DNA of 64,000 bases from Thermoanaerobaculaceae bacterium (GTDB lineage Bacteria; Acidobacteriota; Thermoanaerobaculia; Multivoradales; UBA5704). This document shows positions 56,731 through 64,000 of the stretch, in pieces (position 1 is the stretch's first letter; every line of letters starts with the position of its first letter). The DNA is taken from assembly GCA_963712665.1 (NCBI GenBank), contig CAVQIV010000026.1, positions 257,045 through 321,044 of the forward strand, in the 5' to 3' direction. The position numbers were made by a program, and so were the translations under genes. A model generated the notes under the pieces. It did not search any database. It had not been told where the DNA came from and saw only the letters and a program-made list of their open reading frames with translations.

Positions 56731-58151
56731 CCGCCGGCTCGGTGGCCGCCAACCTCGGCGGGGTGGCGCTCTTCGCGGTCCCCGGGCTGGGCCTCGCCGA
56801 GCTGCTCGCGCCCTTGCGGCGGCTCTCCCTCGCCCGCCGCCTCGGCTATGCCTACCTGTTGGGCATCCTGGCGGTCGGCGGCTCCCTCTTCGCCGCCTCC
56901 CACCTGTTCGGGGTGCCGCTGCACCGGCCGGCCATCGCGGTCGTCGTCCTCGTGCCGGCGGTGGCGGGACTGAGCGCATGGCTCTGGCGCCGCCGGCGGA
57001 GCGGATCCGCGGGGCCCGCGCTTCCGGCGAGCCGCTGGCAGCTCCTGGCGGCGCTCGCGATCACCCTGGTCTTCCTCGGACCGCTGACGTCCGCGTTGAC
57101 GGCGCCGCTGGCGGATTGGGATGGGCGGATGACCTGGAGCCCCCTAGCGTCCTACATGCGCCAGGAGGGGACGGTCGACGCCTCGGTGCTGCGGGACGCC
57201 CGCTGGTACGTCGTGCACCCGCGCTACCCGCCTCTGGTGCCGCTGGCGCAGGTCGCGGTGCAGGAGACTTTCGGGGCCGGTGAGGACGAGCAGGACTATC
57301 GGGCGGTCTACATCGGCTTCCTGGTGGCGCTGGTGCTCGTCATCCACGACGGCGCGCGGCGGGGGGCCGGCCCCCTCGCGGCTGCCCTGGCCACCCTCTG
57401 TGCCGCCCTGCCGCCCTTCCTGAGCTACGGCTACGGCGGGGGCGGCGCCAACTCGGCCTACAGCGACCTGGCGCTCGCGGGCTTCTATGGCGCGGCGCTG
57501 GTGCCGCTCCTGCTCGCGCGGCCGGCCCTGTCGTCCGGATTCGTGGCCGGCTGCCTGCTGGCCGGCGCGGTGCTGACGAAGAACGAAGGCACACTGCTCG
57601 CCCTGGCCGCCCTGCTGCTGGCATCCGAGCGGCTGTTGCGCCGCCGGCGCGATCCGGTGGCCGGCCCTCGCACCCTGGCCTGGTTCGCCGCTGCCGCGGG
57701 GCCGGTGCTGGCGGCCGTGGCGCTCCTCGCCTCCTGGCGGGCCGCCATCCCGAACCGCGACGACGAGGACTACTTCGCCGTCCTCCGGCTGCCGGACCTG
57801 GTGAGCGGCGCCTTCACGCGGCTGCCGGTGATCGTCCCCTGGACCTTGCACTGGACGTTCCGGAGTGCCGAATGGCTGGGTTTCTGGTGGCTCTTCCTCG
57901 CCGTTCTGCTCCTCGGCGCCTACGCCCTGCGTCGCCCCCGGGTCCGCCGCCTGCTGCTCGCCGGCCTCGTCCCCGCCGCCATCGGCTGGGCGGCCTACGC
58001 GGTGAGCCCACGGCTCCCCGATCTCATCGGCGAGACCTGGGACCGGTTCCTCGTGGATGGTCTGGTGGCGCTGAGCTTCGTCTTCTCCTGTGCCCTGGGG
58101 CACCTGCTGCGCCGCCGGCGACCTACCCCTGGTACGGCACCCGCTCCTTGA
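56727..58151 (+). CDS. polytopic membrane protein, GT-C/ArnT-like glycosyltransferase candidate
   Basis: ORF 56727..58151 (474 aa). GTGA overlap with the upstream gene. At least 10 hydrophobic helices. Confidence 0.55.
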   Translation: MTAGSVAANLGGVALFAVPGLGLAELLAPLRRLSLARRLGYAYLLGILAVGGSLFAASHLFGVPLHRPAIAVVVLVPAVAGLSAWLWRRRRSGSAGPALPASRWQLLAALAITLVFLGPLTSALTAPLADWDGRMTWSPLASYMRQEGTVDASVLRDARWYVVHPRYPPLVPLAQVAVQETFGAGEDEQDYRAVYIGFLVALVLVIHDGARRGAGPLAAALATLCAALPPFLSYGYGGGGANSAYSDLALAGFYGAALVPLLLARPALSSGFVAGCLLAGAVLTKNEGTLLALAALLLASERLLRRRRDPVAGPRTLAWFAAAAGPVLAAVALLASWRAAIPNRDDEDYFAVLRLPDLVSGAFTRLPVIVPWTLHWTFRSAEWLGFWWLFLAVLLLGAYALRRPRVRRLLLAGLVPAAIGWAAYAVSPRLPDLIGETWDRFLVDGLVALSFVFSCALGHLLRRRRPTPGTAPAP

Positions 58152-59010
58152 TCCTGTTGAACCCCAGCCGGCTGAACAGCTCTTCGACCCGGGCGGGATC
58201 GGCACCCCGGAATTCGAGGTCTTTCAAGGTCGCCTCGACCCCGGGGACCTCGCGGGCGACGGTGGCGAGCTGCTTGGAGAGGAAGGCGATGTCGCGGCTG
58301 GCGACGAGCTTGGCGTGGAGGGATTTGGCGCCGCGGAGGGCGGGGACGAGCCCGGGGAGCTCGTTGAGCCTGGCGTAGAGGTCCTCCAGGTGGCCGAAGC
58401 GGGCGAGGAGCTCGGCCGCGGACTTGCCGCCGATCCCTTTCACCCCCGGGATGTTGTCCACCGTGTCGCCGGCCAGGCCCAGGTAGTCGGTGATCTGGTC
58501 CGGCCGCACGCCGAACTTCTCGAAGACGGCGGCGGCGTCGAGGCGGAGCCCCTTCCCGAAGTCGAGGAGGGTGAAGCGGTCGTTCACGAGTTGGGAGAGG
58601 TCCTTGTCGGAGGTGACGATGACGGCGCCGTGGCCGTCCTTCTCGAGGCGGGTGCAGAGGGCGCCGATCAGGTCGTCCGCCTCGTAGCGGTCGTCGACGA
58701 AGGTGGCCGCGCCCAGGGCGGCGGCGATCTCCTCGCAGGCCGTGAGCTGGGCTTCGAGCTCGGGCGGCGGCAGCACCCGCTGGGCTTTGTAAGCCGGAAA
58801 GAAGTCGTTGCGGAAGCTCGAATTGAGGCTGCGGTCGAAGGTCACGGCGAGGTGGGTGGGCTTCTCGTCCGCGATCAGCTTCAGGAGGAACGAGGTGAAG
58901 CCGTAGGAGGCTGCCGCGGGCTCACCCGCAGGGGTCTTGATGCTCGACGGCAAGGAGAAGTGGGCCCGGAAGATGTACGGGCTCGCATCCACCAGATAGA
59001 CGGTCGCCAT
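58123..59010 (-). CDS. 5'-3' exonuclease / flap endonuclease (Pol I N-terminal-domain-like)
   Basis: ORF 58123..59010. VYLVDASPYIFRAHF...YEADDLIG...VTSDKDLSQL...GDTVDNIPGVKGIGGKSA. Confidence 0.9.
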   Translation of the reverse strand: MATVYLVDASPYIFRAHFSLPSSIKTPAGEPAAASYGFTSFLLKLIADEKPTHLAVTFDRSLNSSFRNDFFPAYKAQRVLPPPELEAQLTACEEIAAALGAATFVDDRYEADDLIGALCTRLEKDGHGAVIVTSDKDLSQLVNDRFTLLDFGKGLRLDAAAVFEKFGVRPDQITDYLGLAGDTVDNIPGVKGIGGKSAAELLARFGHLEDLYARLNELPGLVPALRGAKSLHAKLVASRDIAFLSKQLATVAREVPGVEATLKDLEFRGADPARVEELFSRLGFNRIKERVPYQG

Positions 59011-59019
59011 GGGGATCGA

Positions 59020-60129
59020 TCAGGCTCCGAAGAAGCTGCGCACGGCCGCTCCCACCGCCTCCAGCTCCTCGTTGGTCAGCTCGGGGAAGACGGGGAGGCA
59101 GAGCACCTCCTGGGCCGCGGCGGTCGCCACCGGCAGGTCGCCGTCCTCGACGTTCACCAGGCCGGCCAGGGCAGGCTGCTGGTGGAGGGGCGAGGGGTAG
59201 TGGACGGCGGAGGCGATGCCGGCGGCCTTGAGGTGGGCCATCAGCTCGTCGCGGTGGGCCGTGCGGACCGTGAACTGATGGTAGACGGAGCGCACCTCGG
59301 GGCGGTCCGGCAGGAGCTTCAGGTCGCCCACGCCGGCCAAGGCGCCGTGGTAGCGGCAGGCGATCTCCCCCCGGCGGGCGTTGTCCTCGTCGAGCAGCGC
59401 CAGGCGGCAGTTGAGGACGGCGGCCTGCAGGCTGTCGAGCCGGCTGTTGGTGCCCACGGCCACGTGATGGTAGCGGCCGGCCTGGCCCTGGTTGCCGAGG
59501 GTCCGCACCCGCTCGACCAGGTCGCGGTCGTTGCCCGTGACGGCGCCGCCGTCGCCGAAGCAGCCGAGGTTCTTGGTGGGGTAGAAGCTCCAGGCCGCGA
59601 GCTGGCCGAAGCCCCCCACCCGCTTGCCCTTCCAGCGGGCGCCGTGGGCCTGGGCCGCGTCCTCCACCAGCCACAAGCCGTGGTGCTGGCAGAGGGCGAG
59701 GAGGGCGTCGACGTCGAAGGGCCGGCCATAGAGATGGACGCCGAGGATCCCCACCGTCCGCTCCGTGACGCGGGCCGCGGCGTCCGTCGGATCGAGGTTC
59801 AGGGTCTCAGGATCGACGTCGGCGAAGACCACCTGGCCGCCCAGCAGGGCCACGGCCTCGGCGGTGGCGAAAAAGCTGAAGGCGGGGACGATCACTTCGT
59901 CGCCCGGCTCGAGGCCCAGGGCGCGCAGGGCGAGCACCAGGGCGTCGGTGCCGTTGCCGAGCCCCACGCAGGCCTCGACGCCCAGGTAGGCGGCGAAAGC
60001 GGTCTCGAACTCCCGCACCTCGGGGCCCAGGACGAAGGAGGTCTCGTCGAGGATCTTCCGCCAGCGCTCGTCGAGTTGGGAGGCGATGCGCCGCCGGGTG
60101 CGGCCGAGGTCGAGGATGGGGACGTTCAT
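59020..60129 (-). CDS. DegT/DnrJ/EryC1/StrS-family sugar aminotransferase
   Basis: ORF 59020..60129. ...GNGTDAL...FFATAEAV...SFYPTKNLGCFGDGG... Confidence 0.9.
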   Translation of the reverse strand: MNVPILDLGRTRRRIASQLDERWRKILDETSFVLGPEVREFETAFAAYLGVEACVGLGNGTDALVLALRALGLEPGDEVIVPAFSFFATAEAVALLGGQVVFADVDPETLNLDPTDAAARVTERTVGILGVHLYGRPFDVDALLALCQHHGLWLVEDAAQAHGARWKGKRVGGFGQLAAWSFYPTKNLGCFGDGGAVTGNDRDLVERVRTLGNQGQAGRYHHVAVGTNSRLDSLQAAVLNCRLALLDEDNARRGEIACRYHGALAGVGDLKLLPDRPEVRSVYHQFTVRTAHRDELMAHLKAAGIASAVHYPSPLHQQPALAGLVNVEDGDLPVATAAAQEVLCLPVFPELTNEELEAVGAAVRSFFGA

Positions 60130-60151
60130 GGCGGGGCGGATTCTATCCCGG

Positions 60152-61759
60152 TCACCCTCCAGGCCGCAGGGGATACCGGGTCCACGGCGTGTCGTAGACC
60201 ACGATCTCGTTGCCCCCCATGGTGATGTTGTCCGGGATCTCGAGATGGTGGACGGGCCGGAAGCGGGGGTCGCGGGCCACGCCGGGCACCCAGGAGGGGA
60301 AGACGATGACGTAGTCGGGCCGGCGGCGTTCGATGGCGGCCACCATGGCGTCGTCCCAGGGCATGCCGGCTTCGACGGCCCGCTTCACCTCCTGCCGGAT
60401 CTCCGGGGTGGCGATGCTCGCCAGGTCGATGATCGGGTTGGGGAGCAGGTACTTGATGGCGCCGATGTCGTTGACCGCCAGCACGGCCTCAGGAGGGACC
60501 CGCGCCGCGAGCCAGTGCGCGACGGCCACATCGCTCTCCTCGACATTGGCGACGTTCTGGACGTAGAAGGCCTCGCCCCGGAACAGGGTGGCCGCGGTGG
60601 GGGCGAGGAGCACGCCTGTGCCCAGGGCGGCGAGGGCGATCCGCAAGACCCGCGAGGGGAGCCGGGCCAGGGCGCGCACGGGGCCTTCGAGGCCGAGGAC
60701 TCCCAGGACGATCAGGATGGGAAAAAGAGGGAAGTAGTAGCGCCCGAAGTTGCCCAGCATCAGGGTGGGGCCCGGGGTGAGCACCGAATAGGCGAGCGGC
60801 AGGGCGAAGAGCCAGAGGGCCGGCAGCAGGCCGCGGTCGCGGGGGGTGCCCAGCCGGGCGGCCAAGGCCGTGACCCCCGCGCCGGCGAGCACGGTCATCC
60901 ACGGCTGGGGATGGAAGAACAGGCCCAGGACGTTGAGCAGGTAGCGCGGCTCGGGCAGCAGGTGGTGCCCGCCGCCGCCCCCCTTGGCCGCCCAGGTGGT
61001 GGGCAGGACGGAGCTGCCCGCCCATGCGTAGAAGAGACAGGGGCCGGCCAGGGCGCAGAGAGCGAAGGCCGCGGCCACGAGCAGGGTTCGTAGGGACGGG
61101 GCCCTCCAGCGCAGCGATCCTTCCACAGTACTCGGGGTGAAAATCAGGAAGCGGTCCAGGAAGGCGAGGAGCAGCAGCAGGAGGCCCTCCGGCCGCGCCA
61201 GGACGGCCACGGCGAGGACGGCGATGGAGAGCGGCAGGCGTCGCGGCTCGGCCCGCTCGCGCAGGTGGAGGATGATCCCCGAGAGGGAGAGCAGGATGAA
61301 GAGGGGGATCTCCATACCTGAAAGGGCGGCCCACACCAGCCAGCTCGTGGTCAGGGTGAGCCCCGCCGCGAGGGCCGAGAGGCCGGTGGTGAGGCCCAGC
61401 TCCCGGGCCAGCCGCCGGGTGGCTTCGACGCCGGCGAGGTGAAGGACGATGCCCAGCGCCTTGGTCCAGGCGATCACGCTGCCGGGCAGCAGGAAGAGGA
61501 GGGAGAGGAGAGCGGTCCACAGCGGGGCCGTCGAGCCGGTCACGAGATGGCCGGGGTTGTACGCGAGGCCCAGACCGCGGGCCAGGTTGCGGGCGAACTG
61601 GAGATGGATCCAACTGTCGTCGAGCGGAAAGCCGAGCCCTCCCTTGAGGCGGGCGATCTCCGCCAGCAGGTAGCGCAGGCAGACCACCAGGCCGGCGAGC
61701 GTGAGCAGCAGGCCGGCCGGGAGCCGGCGCGGCGGGTGGACGCCTTCGGGAGCGGTCAT
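60152..61759 (-). CDS. polytopic membrane protein with soluble C-terminal domain, GT-C-like candidate
   Basis: ATG 61759 in ORF 60152..62185. N-terminal FPLDDSWIHLQFARNLARG followed by many TM helices. Confidence 0.55.
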   Translation of the reverse strand: MTAPEGVHPPRRLPAGLLLTLAGLVVCLRYLLAEIARLKGGLGFPLDDSWIHLQFARNLARGLGLAYNPGHLVTGSTAPLWTALLSLLFLLPGSVIAWTKALGIVLHLAGVEATRRLARELGLTTGLSALAAGLTLTTSWLVWAALSGMEIPLFILLSLSGIILHLRERAEPRRLPLSIAVLAVAVLARPEGLLLLLLAFLDRFLIFTPSTVEGSLRWRAPSLRTLLVAAAFALCALAGPCLFYAWAGSSVLPTTWAAKGGGGGHHLLPEPRYLLNVLGLFFHPQPWMTVLAGAGVTALAARLGTPRDRGLLPALWLFALPLAYSVLTPGPTLMLGNFGRYYFPLFPILIVLGVLGLEGPVRALARLPSRVLRIALAALGTGVLLAPTAATLFRGEAFYVQNVANVEESDVAVAHWLAARVPPEAVLAVNDIGAIKYLLPNPIIDLASIATPEIRQEVKRAVEAGMPWDDAMVAAIERRRPDYVIVFPSWVPGVARDPRFRPVHHLEIPDNITMGGNEIVVYDTPWTRYPLRPGG

Positions 61760-61798
61760 CGTGGCAGCGAAGCATACACAACTGGCGGCGACGGGTTT

Positions 61799-63238
61799 AT
61801 GATCGCGGGTCCCATGGCTCTCACCAGTCTCGCGCCCCGGCGCCGGCGGGCGGCCCGCATCGCCCTCTATTCCAGCCTCGTGCTGGTGGGGAGCGTCACC
61901 TGGGGGCTGGTCATGCTCCTCAAGCGCCCTCTCGAGGCGCACCGCAGCGAGGCGTGGGCGCAGGGGGACATCGCCAGCCGGCCTGAGGTGAAGCTGCTCC
62001 AGGAGTACGTGCGGATCGACACCAGCGAGACCACGGGCGATGAGAGGGCCGGCGCGCAGTTCCTGGCCCGCCAGTTCGCCGCCGCCGGCATTCCCTACCG
62101 CATCGAGACGGTGGGGCCGAAGAAGGCCAACCTCTATGCCTGGCTGGACGGCAAGGACCCCCACCCACTGGTGCTTCACAACCACATCGACGTCTCGGCG
62201 GCCGATCCCAAGGAGTGGTTCTCGCCGCCCTTCGAGGCGCGGATCGACGGGCCGTGGATCTACGGCCGCGGCGTCTTCGACATGAAGAGCGTCGCCATCG
62301 CCCAGATGCTGGCCATGATCGAGCTGAAGAAGAGCGGCGTCCCCCTCAACCGCTCTGTGCTCTTCCTCGCCACCAGCAGCGAGGAGCGGGGGAGCCGGCT
62401 AGGGGTGCGGCGCATCCTCCAGCTCGACCCTCAGAGGGTCCGCGGCTTCTGGGCGGTGCTCACCGAGGGCGGCGTGGTCGAGGCCCGGGCACGCGACCAG
62501 ATCAAGTTCTGGGGCACGGAGTTCGCCCAGAAGCGCTATGTCGACCTGGTGGTCTGCGGCAGCGACCGCGAGCGGCTCGAGCAGATCCGGCGGGACCTGC
62601 TGGACCGCGGCCCCACCGAGACCGACCTGCGGCTGACCCCCGAGGCCGCGGCGACCCTCGCCGCCTACGGCCCGACCCGCGACCTGCCGGAGCTGCGAGA
62701 CCTCGCCTCCCATCCCAAGAAGGCGATGGCGGACGTCGCCGCCTACCGCAAGCTGCCCGGCTATCTGCGCTCCATGCTGCGCGACGAGGCGGTGCCGTTC
62801 AAGGTGGCGCCGGCCAAAGGGGGCGGCTACGAGTTGCTGATCAAGTTCCAACTTCTGCCCGGGACTGAGCTGGCGGCGGTGCGGGAGAAGCTCGTCCCGG
62901 GCTGGATGACCTTCGGCCTTACCACGAGGCTCGACGAGCCCGACTCCACCGGCGCCGGCAGCCCCCTCGACCATCCCGTCTTCCAGGGCGTCCAGGCCGC
63001 CCTCCACGACTTCTACCCCGACGCTCCCCAGGGCCCTTACTTTCTGCCCTGGAGCGCCACCGACGCCCGCTTCTTCCGCACCCTCGGGGTGCCCACCTAC
63101 GGCTTCTCTCCCTTCCTCATCATGAGCACCGACACCCTGCAGGTCGATCAGGCCAACGAGCGCCTGGCCCTGCCGGGATTCGTCGACGGCGTCGTCCTCT
63201 ACGCCAAGGTAGTCCGCCGGCTGGTTTCTGACACTTAG
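61799..63238 (+). CDS. M20/M25/M40-family metallopeptidase with N-terminal membrane anchor
   Basis: ATG 61799 in ORF 61439..63238. VLHNHIDV, GRGVFDMK and SSEERG metal-ligand motifs. Confidence 0.85.
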   Translation: MIAGPMALTSLAPRRRRAARIALYSSLVLVGSVTWGLVMLLKRPLEAHRSEAWAQGDIASRPEVKLLQEYVRIDTSETTGDERAGAQFLARQFAAAGIPYRIETVGPKKANLYAWLDGKDPHPLVLHNHIDVSAADPKEWFSPPFEARIDGPWIYGRGVFDMKSVAIAQMLAMIELKKSGVPLNRSVLFLATSSEERGSRLGVRRILQLDPQRVRGFWAVLTEGGVVEARARDQIKFWGTEFAQKRYVDLVVCGSDRERLEQIRRDLLDRGPTETDLRLTPEAAATLAAYGPTRDLPELRDLASHPKKAMADVAAYRKLPGYLRSMLRDEAVPFKVAPAKGGGYELLIKFQLLPGTELAAVREKLVPGWMTFGLTTRLDEPDSTGAGSPLDHPVFQGVQAALHDFYPDAPQGPYFLPWSATDARFFRTLGVPTYGFSPFLIMSTDTLQVDQANERLALPGFVDGVVLYAKVVRRLVSDT

Positions 63239-63317
63239 TGGTAGGCGCCAGTGGCAAATTTTGTCGCGGCTGAAAGTTAACATCAAGAAAACAAAAGACT
63301 TGCAATCGACTGACCCC

Positions 63318-63333
63318 TGGCATCGACCCTGCT
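63318..63333 (+). promoter_or_regulatory. candidate sigma-54 (-24/-12) promoter TGGCAT-N5-CTGCT upstream of the pilin gene
   Basis: TGGCATCGACCCTGCT. The GG and GC dinucleotides (first G of each 12 nt apart) match the spacing in TGGCAC-N5-TTGCW. Lies 77 nt upstream of ATG 63410. Confidence 0.45.
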
Positions 63334-63409
63334 ATATCTCCGGGTGAAATGGAAAGGCTCGCGGATATCCCGGGGGCAAGATGTGAAAACCAGGGGAGGA
63401 GACCCTAAA

Positions 63410-63940
63410 ATGTTGATGAAGATCCGGAACCGTCAAAAGGGCTTCACGCTGATCGAGCTGCTGATCGTGGTGGCGATCATCGGCATCATCGCGGCCCTGC
63501 TCATCCCGAACTTCCTGGATGCCCTGCAGAAGGCGAAGCAGAAGCGGACCGTGGCTGACGTCCGCAACACCGGCACGGCGATGTTCTCGTGGCTGACCGA
63601 CCAGGTCGGCGCGGCCGCGGCCGGCCAGACCGCCACCGAGGTGGACCTGAGCACGGGCTATGGCAGCAGCATGACCGGCGGCGCCGCCGCCTCCATCCTC
63701 GTGCCCCAGTACCTGCAGTCCGTGCCGGACAAGGACGGCTGGAAGCATGACTACGAGTTCTACATGAACACCGGCGACGTGCTCTCGCGCACCGTGCTGG
63801 CCATCCGCTCCTTCGGCCGTGACGGCACGGGCGCCGCCGCCAAGTACACCGTGGTCGGCTTCGATCCCACCGACTACGACCAGGACATCGTCTGGGCCGA
63901 CGGCTTCTTCGTGCGCTGGCCGCAGAAGACGACCCCCTGA
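63410..63940 (+). CDS. prepilin-type N-terminal cleavage/methylation domain protein (type IV pilin / GspG-like pseudopilin)
   Basis: ATG 63410 (RBS GGAGGAG) in ORF 63344..63940. KGFTLIELLIVVAIIGIIAALLIP. Confidence 0.9.
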   Translation: MLMKIRNRQKGFTLIELLIVVAIIGIIAALLIPNFLDALQKAKQKRTVADVRNTGTAMFSWLTDQVGAAAAGQTATEVDLSTGYGSSMTGGAAASILVPQYLQSVPDKDGWKHDYEFYMNTGDVLSRTVLAIRSFGRDGTGAAAKYTVVGFDPTDYDQDIVWADGFFVRWPQKTTP

Positions 63941-64000
63941 TCACTGTTCACGCGCTGTTCACGAAACACTCTCTCCCGTTTGAGGGGGCGCCCCCGGGGC

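Overview
GC-rich bacterial chromosomal segment. The gene content (CarboxypepD_reg-type TonB receptor, DUF1573, GspG-like pilin, many GT-C membrane proteins) suggests an Acidobacteriota-like environmental lineage, but that is inference only. I found no rRNA, tRNA, CRISPR array, transposase or integrase.

Layout:
- 1-2.8 kb: two-component pair and a ferritin-like gene.
- 2.95-10.7 kb: lower-GC accessory patch. It holds toxin-antitoxin (TA) genes and TA remnants (PIN, Phd/RelE, a DUF104-like antitoxin), a DraRnl-type RNA ligase, a metallophosphoesterase and duplicated promoter scars.
- 10.7-21.5 kb: TonB-dependent receptor, a secreted protein, a heavily frame-disrupted M28 peptidase, a large sensor kinase, an HNH pair and map.
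- 21.5-30.6 kb: a minus-strand arn (L-Ara4N lipid A modification) operon in the order arnT-B-C/A(FT)-A(DH)-D, flanked by two MSOX-like flavoenzymes.
- 30.6-47.6 kb: housekeeping genes (ftcD, mpl, rph, pta, purD, pdxA, ECF sigma/anti-sigma, DUF4331/DUF4198).
- 47.6-64 kb: envelope-glycoconjugate neighbourhood with several GT-C/PMT-like membrane proteins, DegT, DUF362, a flippase-like protein, an ORF6N cassette, an M20 peptidase and a pilin.

Most unusual sequence-level signals:
1. A RelE/ParE toxin gene is split by a 261-bp internal tandem duplication. Its junction carries a 163-nt tract (10338-10500) with a single C. That tract is a strand-coordinated hypermutated copy of the gene: plus-strand C->T at nearly every C, context-dependent A->T, G untouched.
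2. Two intergenic arrays of short palindromes sit at roughly two-helical-turn spacing. One has 16 units phased at exactly 21 bp (core CTCGCGAG, 55940-56268). The other has about 19 units at about 20 bp (core AAAGRYCTTT, 2958-3335).
3. A family of TTGAGGT...ACCTCAA palindromes lies in and around the ORF6N gene.

Caveat: about 25 indel-type frame breaks are spread very unevenly over the window. At least one sits in a homopolymer, so sequence quality must be checked before calling pseudogenes.
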